Below, piece by piece: positions 38,677-51,711 of a stretch of 64,000 nt of DNA (positions within the stretch are counted from its first letter, which is position 1; each line of letters starts with the position of its first letter). The stretch covers positions 1 through 64,000 of the forward strand of contig NW_021833423.1 in assembly GCF_006345805.1 (NCBI RefSeq), given 5' to 3'. The position numbers were made by a program, and so were the translations under genes. Origin of the DNA: Octopus sinensis (Eukaryota). The notes beneath the pieces are model-generated. The model made no database searches. It saw nothing but the letters and a program-made list of their open reading frames with translations, and was not told where the DNA came from.

Positions 38677-38838
38677 TACCTGGTGTAAATTCCTCTCCAT
38701 GTAAATACAATTTTATTTATTCGCTTTCATTCTAAATTTTGTAAAACGAATTTTTTTAATAATACACAGGCATTCGAATATTTTTTTTTTTTTGACATCT
38801 CTTGTTGAGACTTGGATGTAACTTGTACAAATTGAAAC

Positions 38839-38884
<46 letters not shown>

Positions 38885-38924
38885 TAATAATAATAATAAT
38901 AATAAGCAGATATAATAATAATAA

Positions 38925-39200
38925 TTCTGAAAACAGAAACAATTCCTATCATAGTAGGTGCATTAGGCACGATAAAAAATATTCAGACAAATACATAACA
39001 AAAACACCAGGACTTACAAACACATATAACATACAGAAAATTGCACTACTAGGCACTGCACACATCCTACGCAGAACACTTTCCATACAATAACCATCAG
39101 AGCATCACAACAAATCACAGCACATACCCAAGGCACACAGAGCTGCGCTCGGTAGTGAAGTGAAAGCACGCTATAAAAATAAAACTACTGAATGATGATA
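38925..39200 (+). mobile_element. R4/Dong-like LINE 3' tip in (TAA)n
   Basis: KTETIPIIVGALGTIKK...IQKIALLGTAHILRRTLSIQ*; (TAA)n on both sides. Confidence 0.85.
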
Positions 39201-39209
39201 ATAATAATA

Positions 39210-39525
39210 ATACTTTCTTCCATAGGCACAATACTTTAAATTTTTTAGAGGAGGTGTCATTAACCCCAGTGCATAAGTGGTACTCATTACATTGAACCCG
39301 AAAGGATGAAAAACAAAGACGACCCTCTGCGGAATTTGAACTGAGAACGTAAAGAGCCGGGAAGAGGACGAAATACCGCTAAGCATTTTGTCTAGCGTGT
39401 TAAAGATTTTGTCTGCTCACCAATAATAGTTTCAAATTTTAGTGCAAGAACGGCAATTTAGAGACTGAAGGGGTTAATCTATTATATTGACCCTAGTGCT
39501 TTACTGGTACTGTGTTTCATCTACC
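39210..39525 (-). mobile_element. SINE family B, diverged
   Basis: CCCGAAAGGATGAAA..GGAATTTGAACT..GAAATACCGCTAAGCATTT. Confidence 0.75.
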
Positions 39526-40309
39526 CTTTCTATGTGAAAGTACTTTGTATACTTAGTTTAGGTAGAATATAAAAGTATCGGGTGTGTTAACCTTAATTTT
39601 CTCATCGATTTACATGAATACCTCATAAAGAACGTTAAAGAGACCTTCTGCCTTAACAAATCTTCAGTTATAAAATCTTGTCGGTTAAATATAATTGTGT
39701 TATCAATTTATAAAGATGTATCACACAGTGAATGAAACAGACATTTACCTCTTAACGTAATCTTCAATTATGGCCAGTTCTTTGCTCTATAATTCCATTA
39801 TAAGTTTACACAGATCTATCTCGAATTAATACGATTTGCTTATTACCAGCGTTGATCTTCGTGTCATTCATCGAAATTTAGTTGTAGTTTCATACTGCCG
39901 TGTAAATATAGCGATATACTCGGTCAGACGTGTGGTTGTGCTGTATAATAACCAACGCCTCAACAAAAAAAAAATCATAATTATCGTTTCCACGTATACA
40001 CAATAAATTTGGAATACAAAACTTGTTATATTTATCTCTACAAAACGTGCGGAATTTGCCTCAAATATACTTCTAGGAAACAGTATTTTTTGTTTCTGCA
40101 CATAACTAACACTAAATGAAAACTCACGTGAAGATCGCTGAGGTCTTATTTGACATGTATTTGTGAAGGAGCTAAACTTTGGAAGAACTGACAGCCAGAA
40201 GGATTAATATTAAAGTCTAGCTTTGAAGTGGCTATGATTGAAATCACAGTATTTGATAAATTTCTATATAACTTCGTGGTGGATGTGCTACCACTCTCTT
40301 TCACTTTTT

Positions 40310-40713
40310 TACTCTTTTACTTGTTTCAGTCATTTGACTGCAGCCATGCTGGAGCACCGCCTTTAGTCGAGCAAATCGACCTCGGGACTTATTCTTTAGA
40401 AGCCTAGTACTTAGTCTATCGGTCTCTTTTGCCGAACCGCTAAGTTACGGGGACGTAAACACACCTCCATCGGTTGTCAAGCGATGATGGGGGAACAAAC
40501 ACAGACACGCAAACATATACACACACATACATACATACATATATATACATATATACGGCGGGCTTCTTTCAGTTTCTGTCTACCAAATCCACTCACAAGG
40601 CATTGGTCGGCCCGAGGCTATAGCAGAAGACACTTGCCCAAAGTGTCACGCAGTGAGAATGAACCCGGAACCATGTGGCTGCTAAGCAAGCTACTTACCA
40701 CACAGCCACTCCT
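40310..40713 (-). mobile_element. SINE family A, full length
   Basis: Aligns end-to-end with 15480-15887. Confidence 0.92.
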
Positions 40714-41309
40714 AAACCTTTGAATTTCAAACATCTGTCATTATACCACATTTGAAGGCATAATATTTTAAAGAGCTTGTCATTAATTAATTGGTGATGG
40801 TGTGTTTTCTTAGAGCAGTACGGGTTCTATAATTAACAAATCGAATATTTACACACAACTTCGTATATAATGTAAGTACAGCTAATGTTTTAATCTAGAA
40901 ATACTATATGTCCTGAACTATATTCTCTGAAGAACACAACGCCATTCTGGTCATCAAAAGCTTATCACAAGACGGACAATTCACTCAAAACTATACCGTT
41001 GTCATTTTCATCATCACCATCATCGACATCATCATCATTATCACCACCACTACCATCATCATCATCATCGCAACTACTGCCAGAATACTATCTCGGCGAA
41101 ACGAACAATTTAACACAGTTATAGCCCCACATTATCATAATCATTTCTACCATCGTCTTTAGAGCCACAAAAAGCCCACGCAACTATTAACATTGCTATT
41201 ACACTGTCACTATTGAATGGTCCTGTTAGCCCTACGTTTACATGTAACTGCCACAACCACAACCTGCTAATATCATGGATCAAAAATTAAACAGAAGAAA
41301 GGATCAAAG

Positions 41310-41550
41310 ATCTTCCCCGAGCCATAGTTTCATAAGGCCAATTTCCCGGATTTTGTAGCATAAAATATATTCCTCCTCTGGTCGGGACGCCGGTCCGTTG
41401 CAGGACTATTCATTTTTGTTGGCTGAGAGGACTGGAGCAGCGTGTAATGAAGTGTTTTGCTCAAAACTCAACGCATCAACCAGTCCAGGAATCGAAATCA
41501 AAATCTTACGATCATGAGTACAACACCCTAACCACTAAGCCACGCACTTT
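41310..41550 (-). mobile_element. tRNA-derived SINE (C/D-type head)
   Basis: Minus head GTGGCTTAGTGGTTAGGG..TTTCGATTCCTGGAC. Confidence 0.75.
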
Positions 41551-42314
41551 TACAATATCAATAATACCGTCACACAATGACCAAAAATACCAGTACCTTC
41601 CAAATTCTCGTGTCATCACAATCACCATTAGACTAGACGAGAACTACCGCAATCACCTCCACTGAACAACGTCTGTAACCACCACGACTACAAACCTCGC
41701 CACAAAATAAAATATATACACCACAAATCACAATACTTACACCACAAAACACAATATCTTATACACCACAACCAGCACATACACCACTACAAACACCATT
41801 ATTCTCATCACCGACCAATGTACCACCTTCTCCGATACTGCTAACACGATGACTTGTATAACCCCATACCCATACCTATCTGCCGCTACTTGACATGATA
41901 ACATTTCAAATCAAATCATCCGGAAATTAAACCAATTCTACCAACTTTATTATTTATTATTTATTTCTAATTCTCAATATTTTTCTACATTAATCTTCTG
42001 TTTTGATTTTGGAAGTTTCAAAGTTAACTATAATAAAAATAGAAAATGAAATAAAAGGGAAATGGGGTTAGAATTTGTGACCTTTACAGTCCCTCAAAAT
42101 GTGATGAGATTGACTGATGAGTCTGCCAGGGAAAAATTGCGGACAGCGAGAAAATTCCAGTAGGTTAGGCTTCGGGTTTGAAAGGAGGATGGGATAAAAT
42201 ACCTGATGTGAGATCTTGGAGATGAGATACTGTAAACATGGCAAAAGATAGAAACACCAGTGTCTCTGTTTCATCTACAAGCGGTAGTATGTTCTTGCTA
42301 CATACGTAAATACT

Positions 42315-42750
42315 GGTTTCAAATTTTGGTACAAGGAGATCAATTTTAGTAAAGAGATAAGTTAATTAGATCGATCACAGTGCTCAACTGGCACTCATTT
42401 TATCGACCCCGAAGGATGAGTGGCAGAGTCGATCTCGGCAGAATCTGAACTCAGAACGTGAAGACGGACGAAATGCTGCTAAGCATTTAGCCCGGTGCAC
42501 TACCAATTCTACCAGCTCGCCACCTTAAGGTTAATAATAATAATTTCAAATTTTGCCACGGGGTCAGCAATTTCGGGGAGAGGGAAATTAGATCGGCCCC
42601 AGTGCGCAACTTGGTACTTATTTTTATCGACCTCCGAAAAGATGAAAAGCAAAGTCGATCCCGGTGGAATTTGAACTCAGAACGTAAAGACGGACAAAAT
42701 GCCACTAAGCATTTTGCCAGGGGTGCTAACGATTCTGCCAGCTCACTGCA
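42315..42750 (-). mobile_element. SINE family B dimer
   Basis: Two head-to-tail copies. Confidence 0.85.
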
Positions 42751-43155
42751 TTAACATACATAAATATTTTAAACAACATCGTCAACACCTATGACTCACA
42801 GACACACCGTTTCTTCTGAACCACAATAGCTTCAACCCTTGTGAAGTAGCAAATTACATACCTCCTTTAATCACGCAAAAGCTTTTCCTTCTCACACCGC
42901 CGACTGCTAACACCTGCACAAGACACATTCCTAATCATTATTCCCCATAAATGTCAGTCTTCTGGGAACTACTCCTTGGCCTGTTTTTCTCTTCAAGCAT
43001 CAACTGAAACAAAGGAATATTAAACTACCTCAACGCCACCTAGCTACGAGGCCTCAAAATTTCAAATTTCCACTCTTCGATCTCTGATTCTTATTGATAA
43101 AATATATCCTACTAGCTAGCTATCCGACGCTTTCTAAACCTCTATCAATGTGCCC

Positions 43156-43229
<74 letters not shown>

Positions 43230-43522
43230 TTGTCTGTCTATCTATAGCTCTCAGTTCATAGATCTATCTGGCAAACTCTCTTCCCTTCTCTCTCCATTGT
43301 GTAAATGCGTGTGTGTCTGTGTGTGTCTGCGTGCGTGTGTTGACATACTAACAAAGTATTAATACATGTATTAATGTATTAATGTACGTTTATGTTTTCG
43401 AAGTCGATGATTCATTCCATCGCTACTCAAAATCTCTCTCTCGCTCTCTATATCTCTCTCCTCTTTCTCTCTCTCTCTTTCCCCCTCTCAGTATGTACGA
43501 CACACACACGCGCATATATTCA

Positions 43523-43587
<65 letters not shown>

Positions 43588-43646
43588 GTATGTTTTTATA
43601 TGTATGTTTGTATATAGTATTTGAAGTGGTGTACAGATATTTATAT

Positions 43647-43870
43647 TGAGAAAAAGAAGCAGTCAGAATTTTGGATAATTCTTTATAAGCGCTTTCGTTC
43701 GTTTAACCGAACTCTTCAAGACAAAAATTAAAACCAATTTGGTTTTAATTATTGTTTTAATTTTTTTTTTATATATATTTCGGCTTTAATTTTTGACTTG
43801 AATAGTTCACTTAACGAACGAAATCGCTAATAAAGAATTATGCAAAATTCTGACTGCCTCCTTTTTCTCA
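43647..43870. repeat. Imperfect inverted repeat (~89-bp arms) with HHR-like motif in each arm
   Basis: 43647-43735 is approximately the reverse complement of 43782-43870. Confidence 0.85.
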
Positions 43871-43872
43871 CT

Positions 43873-44010
43873 TCCCGTCTACCAAAACTACTTCACAAAT
43901 CTTAGAACGCCCCAACGTTATAGTAGAAGTCACTTGACCAAAATGCCACGCAGACGGACTGAACCCGGAACCATGTAGTTAGGAAGTAAACTTCTTACCA
44001 CAAAACCACA
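43873..44010 (-). mobile_element. SINE family A head
   Basis: GGACTGAACCCGGAACCATGT..CTTACCAC. Confidence 0.75.
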
Positions 44011-44238
44011 CGTTGTAGGTTTTGAGAGTAGTTGATTGACTCCAGTATTACTAATGTGGTACTTTATTTTATTGACAGCAGTAAGATAAAAAGGTTCTTC
44101 CTAAAAGGCCTACATTTCATATACTATGTGACCAACGACTCCTTTTTCAGATGACTGTAATTTACTGTAATCTACTAATTTGAAATCCACTATAATCTAC
44201 GTATGACCTTCGTTACGGAGAGAATACTCACAATGGGA

Positions 44239-44419
44239 TACTCTTTTACTTGTTTCAGTCATTTAACAGTGGCCATGCTGGAGCACCACCTTTAGTCGAG
44301 CAAATGGACCCCAGAACTTATTCTTTGTAAGCCTGGTACTTATTATATCGGTTTCTATGGCAAACACACCAGCATCGGTTGTCAAGCGATGTTGGGGGGA
44401 CAAACATAGACACACACAC

Positions 44420-44451
<32 letters not shown>

Positions 44452-44607
44452 CGACGGGCTTCTTTCAGTTTCCGTCTAGTCTACTACATCCACTCACAAG
44501 GCTTTGGCGGCCCGAGGCTATAGCAGAAGACGCTTGCCCAAGGTGTCACGCAGTCGGACTGAACCTGGAACCATGTAGTTCGTAAGCAAGCTACTTACCA
44601 CACCGCC
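44239..44607 (-). mobile_element. SINE family A, near full length
   Basis: Aligns with 40310-40713. Confidence 0.9.
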
Positions 44608-44829
44608 AGTTTTAATAATATTAAAAGTTTTCGTTTATTGCTAAACTCGCTCTTTTTTTTTATGCTTCAACAAGATATATTATACCCTGCTTCAAACATA
44701 GACACTTTGCTTTATATTCATTTTGTCTTTTTCAAGAGCAAGAAATCACAAGTATTGTTATTCATATGAAGTAAAGATCATTGTTTCCCACCTCTCAACC
44801 CTAAACCCTGAGCAGCTTGCACCAACGGC

Positions 44830-45060
44830 CCTCACGGTCATTCCAAATGTTAAACTTTAATATCATTGAAGATCTCTCGTGAAGAAAGCCATCTCTCCAC
44901 ATAACTATGAAAGCATCTCACAGAGTGGATTTTATCTTCAGGGTCAGAAAGTATTTCAACCCTCAGCATTTATTGATATCTCATGCTCCCTTCAGACGTC
45001 TTTCCTTGCAACAAATTAACTTAATCATCAGCGGTACAAAAGTTACAGGTTTCGAAGAGC
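44830..45060 (+). mobile_element. Decayed CR1/L2-group LINE fragment
   Basis: HITMKASHRVDFIFRVRKYFNPQHLL resembles the HI...KAS..LG.L.R...YF....LL post-RT motif. Confidence 0.4.
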
Positions 45061-45469
45061 CAGAGAAGGCCACAGACATTACACTACTCTCCAGACCCAA
45101 TAATCAAAAACGTAAAATGAAGGTAGCTCGCGATTATACAAGGACCTAACAGAATTCACGGACACACAGTGCATGCAACAAAGTCCTTCTCCCTACCCAG
45201 TAACAACACGCATTTTGCGCTATTTGTAGGACAACGAATATTACCTTATATTTTGGTAACGTTAGTTTTCTATAATATAAGAAATACTATATATATAACA
45301 AAACAAACAAAGTTTTAAGATATATAAGGACAAGCCTTATACGTAGTTTTGAAGAAAATAATGATTTTATACATTTTTTGAAATGGGAAACCGACTACCG
45401 AATCACCCTGTGCATAAATACATACATATATAGATGAAAAAATGCATACATGCGTATGTTTCTATCTCT

Positions 45470-45489
45470 AAGGAACTGATATATATATA

Positions 45490-45539
<50 letters not shown>

Positions 45540-45543
45540 TGTA

Positions 45544-45574
<31 letters not shown>

Positions 45575-46154
45575 ATATATATATATATAACTTATATATG
45601 TATTATACACACACACACACATATATATATATATACATATGTGTGTGTGCGTGTGTGTATGCGTGTGTGTATGCATGTAATTATGTATATGTATATTTAT
45701 ATGTGCGAGTGTATATAATTAGACATAAACACACACACATGTATGTATATATATATGCATATATATGTGTATGTGTGTGTATGTGTGTGTTATAGAATGC
45801 ATAAAGAATCTCTCTCTATCTGTCCCTCTTTATTTCTCTCTATCTCTTTCTCTTTCTCATTCTTTCTCTGTCCTTCCCTCCCTCCTCTCTCTTTCTCTCC
45901 TTTTTCTTACTCCCTCTCTCTCTCTCTCGCCCTCTCTCACTCTCTCTCACTCTCTCTCTCTCTCTCTGAATCGTCTTATTTTCCCGTGAACCCTTATTCT
46001 TCTCAGGAGTAGTAGGTTATTGCCTGTACAACACAGAGCCATGTCGTCATGTTTTCCATTCTTAGATCTAGAATGAGAAAAAATATAATATAATTATTAT
46101 CATTACTGTAAATAATATTAAATAATAATAATAATAACAATAATAATAATAATG

Positions 46155-46210
<56 letters not shown>

Positions 46211-46268
46211 GGTTTGGTATATTTTCGTTTTGTCCCAAAATAATTCTAAGGATATATTTATATATATT

Positions 46269-46310
<42 letters not shown>

Positions 46311-46434
46311 CATACATATACATATGTTTATATATATATACACATAAACACATATGTATTTCCAAAAAATGTATATTAACACTTATATGTGTGTGTGCGT
46401 GTGTGTGTGTTTGCGTGTGTGTGGATAGATAGAC

Positions 46435-46491
<57 letters not shown>

Positions 46492-47032
46492 CAGGCATAC
46501 ATAGATTATTAGAAACATTCCCTTTAAGATGCTTCATACATACAAGCATACATACATACATGCACATCTATATGCGCATATAGACGAATACATGTACATG
46601 CATATACACACACATATAAATATACGCCTATACTAATTTAGATACATATAAATATACATATATAAATATACATATAAATATGCAAATATACATACAGATA
46701 CATGAATATATATATATATATAATATTATATAAATGTATATATACATACATGCATTCTGCAATGCATCTTCCTGTGAATTTGTCACGAACATTCGTTATT
46801 TATAGAAACACACAATGTTTCATAATGCAATATGCTTGAACTGAAAGACACAGCGCAAAAGAAATTATTACATTAAATTCTGAAGCATACATACGTCTCC
46901 TTCTCTCTCTCTCTCTCTCTCTCTCTCCCTCTCTCTCTCCCTCCCTCTCTCTTTCTCTTCTTCTCTCCTTCTCTTGCCTTCGTTCTCAGTTTCTTTCGCT
47001 CTCGCTCTCAGTTTGGTCTCACACGCGCAAAT

Positions 47033-47074
<42 letters not shown>

Positions 47075-47084
47075 TATATATTAT

Positions 47085-47128
<44 letters not shown>

Positions 47129-47200
47129 GTATATCTGTGTATGTGCGAGTGTGCTTGGCTTGTGTGTGTGTATGTGCCTGCATGTGTGTGTATGAGAGAG
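45470..47200. repeat. Simple-repeat field: (TA)n, (TG)n, (CT)n, (AAT)n, (GATA)n
   Basis: Directly visible. Confidence 0.9.
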
Positions 47201-48264
47201 ACTAACACATACATAATTATTAGCAAATTAGGGATCTGAAGAACGTGTGGCCTTGAATTCAATTTCTGTTTTTGCTTGAAATTTGTTGTGCTTCGTTTTT
47301 TTTAACCTGACTTTAGTTTAAGCATAAACTCCCTGAAATTTCAGAAAAGGCATAGCTGTTGTGCTCGTGTTCGTTTGGTGGTGGGTTCGATTCTACCTAG
47401 GCCTTGTGTTTTGTCTTTGACTCTGGCACTTCATTTCCCGTTGGACTAGTACAATCAGCTGCAAAACTGTATTTTGGAGGTTAACTCTCTTTCAGATTGG
47501 TTTTCTGTCAGCGGGGATTCTTGTATTTACAGCCTATAATCTTGGAAAATCTGGCTAAATCTCACCTGATGAATCCGTAGGACTGAGACAAAAGCATATT
47601 GAACACGAAGTGTAATATTCCAAAATATATTAAATTGAAGATCTGTAGCTTATTAGATTATTTCTGGCTATTTAATTCTATGTAATAGAGCCTGGCTTAG
47701 TATATAGGACTTCTGAACTCATGATCGTAAGATTGTTGTTTCGATTCCTGAATTTGGCAAAGCGTTGTGGTCTTGAGCAAAACAACCCCATCCCACTCAG
47801 CTGGCAAAAATGAGTATTTTTGCAACAGTCTGGCGTCCCGTCCTGATGGGGTTTTTTTTCGTCACAGAACCATAGAAGTAACTTTATGAGCCTATGGTTC
47901 GGTAAGGACTTTTACTCTCACCCCACCCCTTTGTTATTTAATTTCATAATATTGAACACATTGAAGATTATCTTTAAAAAAAAAAAGTATCTATTGAACC
48001 ATTATAACGTGAAGAACACATTAGCTACTGGAACAAAAATACCAAACCTCTTAATTTCACTTAAACTTTTTATTATTTGGTGACAAATCTTTTGTCCCAC
48101 TTACTGCAACTTGGACAGTTGAACGGCTAATATGTCTTCCACGCGATGAGTTAAGGCTACCAATCCCACAGACTACGGGTGGATTTTGAACTCAGAACGC
48201 AAAGATCCATAATGAATGTTACAATATATCCAGTCCGACGTTAATACAATTCCACCAATCCACA

Positions 48265-48628
48265 TGGAAGCACTCCGTCGGTTACGACGACGAGGGTTCC
48301 GGTTGATCCGAATCAACGGAACAGCCAGCTCGTGAAATTAACGTGTAAGTGGCTGAGCACTCCACAGACACGTGTACCCTTAACGTAGTTCTCGGGTATA
48401 TTCAGCGTGACACAGAGAGTGGCAAGGCCGACCCTTTGAAATACAGGTACAACAGAAACAGGAAGTAAGAGTGAGAGAAAGTTGTGGTGAAAGAGTACAG
48501 CAGGGATCACCACCATCCCCTGCCGGAGCCTCGTGGAGCTTTAGGTGTTTTCACTCAATAAACACTCACAACGCCCGATCCTATGACCGCGAGTCCGCTG
48601 CCCTAACCACTGGGCCATTGCGCCTCCA
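48265..48628 (-). mobile_element. SINE family C with TSD; B-box region deleted
   Basis: Reverse complement of 28435-28821; TSD CACCAATCCACA at 48253-48264 and 48629-48640; inserted into a family B relic. Confidence 0.92.
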
Positions 48629-49074
48629 CACCAATCCACAGCACATATGGAGAAAAACCAAAGTTCACGTTGATGGAATTCGAATTCAGAACTTATTCTG
48701 TGAAATATTTTATTCTGTCATCTAACGACTCTGCCAATTTAGGACCTGAAACGCAAAATAAATCTTCATTGCCGCCATCAGCTTGCGACTCTGACTTCAT
48801 AGCATGTTTCATAATTTGTTTTTTTTTTCTTTTTTAGAAGTCTATGCAAATCGGGAGCAAACATAACGCCCACACACTTGATCTACCATTGAGGATGTGA
48901 TAGCTTGTTATGAGAAAAAGTGGTCATCACCATACTGATTTTCAGCTTAGTGCTTTGTTGAAAGGTGCAAGGTTTAAACACGGGCCAAGGTTTAAAGCCG
49001 CAGTTTTATGTACGTCAGCTTAACATGCTAACTACTAAGTTTCATACCTTCACAAATGGCGAATATGTACTTCG

Positions 49075-49285
49075 TACCTTTTACTTATTTCAGCCATTGA
49101 ACTGCGACCGTACACGGACATCGCTTTGAGAAGTCTAATCGAACAAATCGACTTCAGAACTATAGATCTGATTAGCAGAATTGCTGAGTTACTCAGACGT
49201 AAACAAACCACAACCAGATGTCATGCGGTGGGTATGTGACAAACACATAGAAAGATACACACATACATATGTGCACATATGTGTG

Positions 49286-49335
<50 letters not shown>

Positions 49336-49530
49336 TATACACATATATGTATGTATGTATATATACGAACACGCGCGCATGACTGGTTTCCAAAAAGTCT
49401 CTCAACCAAATTCACTCACAAGTCATTAGCTATAGTACAAATATAAAAGAATGGTGCACTAGAAGACACTTACCCAAGGTGCCGCGCAGTGGGACTGAAC
49501 TCGAAAGTGTGTGATTGCAAAGCGAGCTTT
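49075..49530 (-). mobile_element. SINE family A, diverged
   Basis: AGAAGACACTTACCCAAGGTGCCGCGCAGTGGGACTGAAC. Confidence 0.75.
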
Positions 49531-50361
49531 GTTTATAAAACGTACTAACATGAACCTGTTCAAAAATATCGCTCGGCGGAATTCAAATTAGAATATAAAA
49601 GAAAGCATAATTCATCAATTATGCAATTTAATTGCTGCCGACGTCTTTGTTTTCTTCCTTTGTTTTTATTACTAAAATGTTATTGTAGTTCATGGTTTGC
49701 TCTTGTTGTTAACGTCTCTGCGCTGCTGCTGTTGAGCTGATATTTTTTGTTATAGATGGTGTTATATTTAATTTTATATTTGTTGTTGTCGACGCATATT
49801 AAATTCATTGTGGTTGTTGTTGTTGTTGTCACAGTTGTCGCTACTATTGTTGTTGCTGGTGATGATGCTGTTATTTTTAGCATCGTTGTTGTAATTAATG
49901 AGAAATTTGTTTTTGATGTTCCTGTTTTTTGTGTTTTTTTTTTGCTGTTGCTCTTTAATCTCTTAGGATGTGTCAAATGGCAGAATCGTTAGAATGATGG
50001 TTATAATTACTTGCATTATTTGTTTCACTTCTCTACATTTTTAAGTTCAAATCGCGCCGATATCGACTTTGCTTTTCATTCTTCCGGAGTTGAACCATCT
50101 ACCTCAGTACTTGAGATTTACTTGAAAACATCAAGTACCACTCAAATGCTGGGGTCGATATCAGTGACAGTTGATCAATACCAACATGCAATGAACCAGC
50201 ATAGTAGAATAGAGTCCAAATTCCTGCCCAACTGTGGCGGCTCCGCCTATATTTGTCGATGGTCGATGTGACACACCAGTTGGCATACACTATCGTCACA
50301 ACATAATCTTATACCACATCCAACACACGTACACGCAGACACACACGTACACGCACGCAGG

Positions 50362-50392
<31 letters not shown>

Positions 50393-50829
50393 GTGTTGGA
50401 CTTTCTTCTACGAATGAGAGCTGAAGCAAGACACAAGTATACAAATGTAATTCGATGTTTTGATGTGTCGCTTCATATGAAAGTAGTTCAGACCTATCCG
50501 AGATTTGCAGATCTGGTTGCTGACGCTGTAGTAGTTATCTCCGGCATTTGGTGATAGATGGGACACTTCTCTTTTCTGATATTGACCCCACTTTGAACAA
50601 AAGCATTCCGGATGTGAGTCATTTTCTTTTTCTTACGTACAGAGAAACCAGAGCTATATCATGTGATCTGAGGGAGATTAGGTTGCTTGCTTTTTGCACG
50701 TCTGTTAGCAAACTGAATAACGAAGATAGTGAATTTTAGCCCGGTGTTTTATAGGTACTGCAGCGAGCTATAAATGTCACTGTGTCTACCAGACTATTAG
50801 ATGTTTTTATACTCGCTGATCACAATGCT

Positions 50830-51066
50830 CTTCCTCGCATTACAATAGCTTTCGAATGATGCCACCTCGCAGGGTAAGCAGACTGGTCAATATCCCCATC
50901 AAACGGAAACCCAGTCCATCGTGAAGTTACCCATTTGCAATTAAGTGGAGGAACATGAAATGAATTATTTTTGCTCATGTACCCAAACTCCGCCGGTCTG
51001 GAAATCGAAACCACGATCATCAGATCGTGAGTGCAGCATCTTTACCATTTGGCCAAGCGCCCTCAC
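50830..51066 (-). mobile_element. tRNA-derived SINE, diverged
   Basis: Minus head GGGCGCTTGGCCAAATGG..GGTTTCGATTTCCAGACC. Confidence 0.65.
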
Positions 51067-51711
51067 ATTATAAATGATTTTCTGCGTATTTATGTAAACA
51101 GCGGTAGCAACTTCGAAGGTAATTTAGTGGTTTTTTTCAATATTGTGTATTACTGAGGCAAGATAACTAGCAGAGACGTTAGAGTGTTGGACAAAATGCT
51201 TTGTGAGCGTTCCTCCGGCTATCTACGCTCTGATTTCAAATCCCGCCGAGGTGAACTCTGCCTTTTAACTTTTCGAGGTTGATAAAATAAAGTATCAGCC
51301 ATGTTTTGGAAATTACAGAATTGACTGAGTTTTATATCAAGCAGCTCAAACGAGCGATCAAATACATGCTACATTTTTGGACTCTAAAGTTGAATTTGTT
51401 GGTTTGCCTAAGTCAAACCAGAAGGAGAAGGCCAATTGGAAAAGCAATCATTCCATTCATAACCAATCCTAACTTGTTTTCAAGTATAGTGCATCTAGGA
51501 CTATATTGTACATTATACCTTCCCTTAAAAAATTTAGTTTTGAGGGGAATTTTTGCTTTTTATGCGAAAAGACAAAGTAGCTACAACCACTCTGGTTTGT
51601 TCTAATATATATGTCTTGACGTATTACAGCTTATGATGATGGTGATTATAATGTTGATGATGATTTTGGCTCATGTTTGTGCTGTTATCGTTCATTATTT
51701 ACATATGTAGA

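Noticed and set aside
42114-42154. CTGATGA followed by stem GTCTGC/GCGGAC
   Set aside because: GAAA does not follow the stem directly and there is no helix I or III
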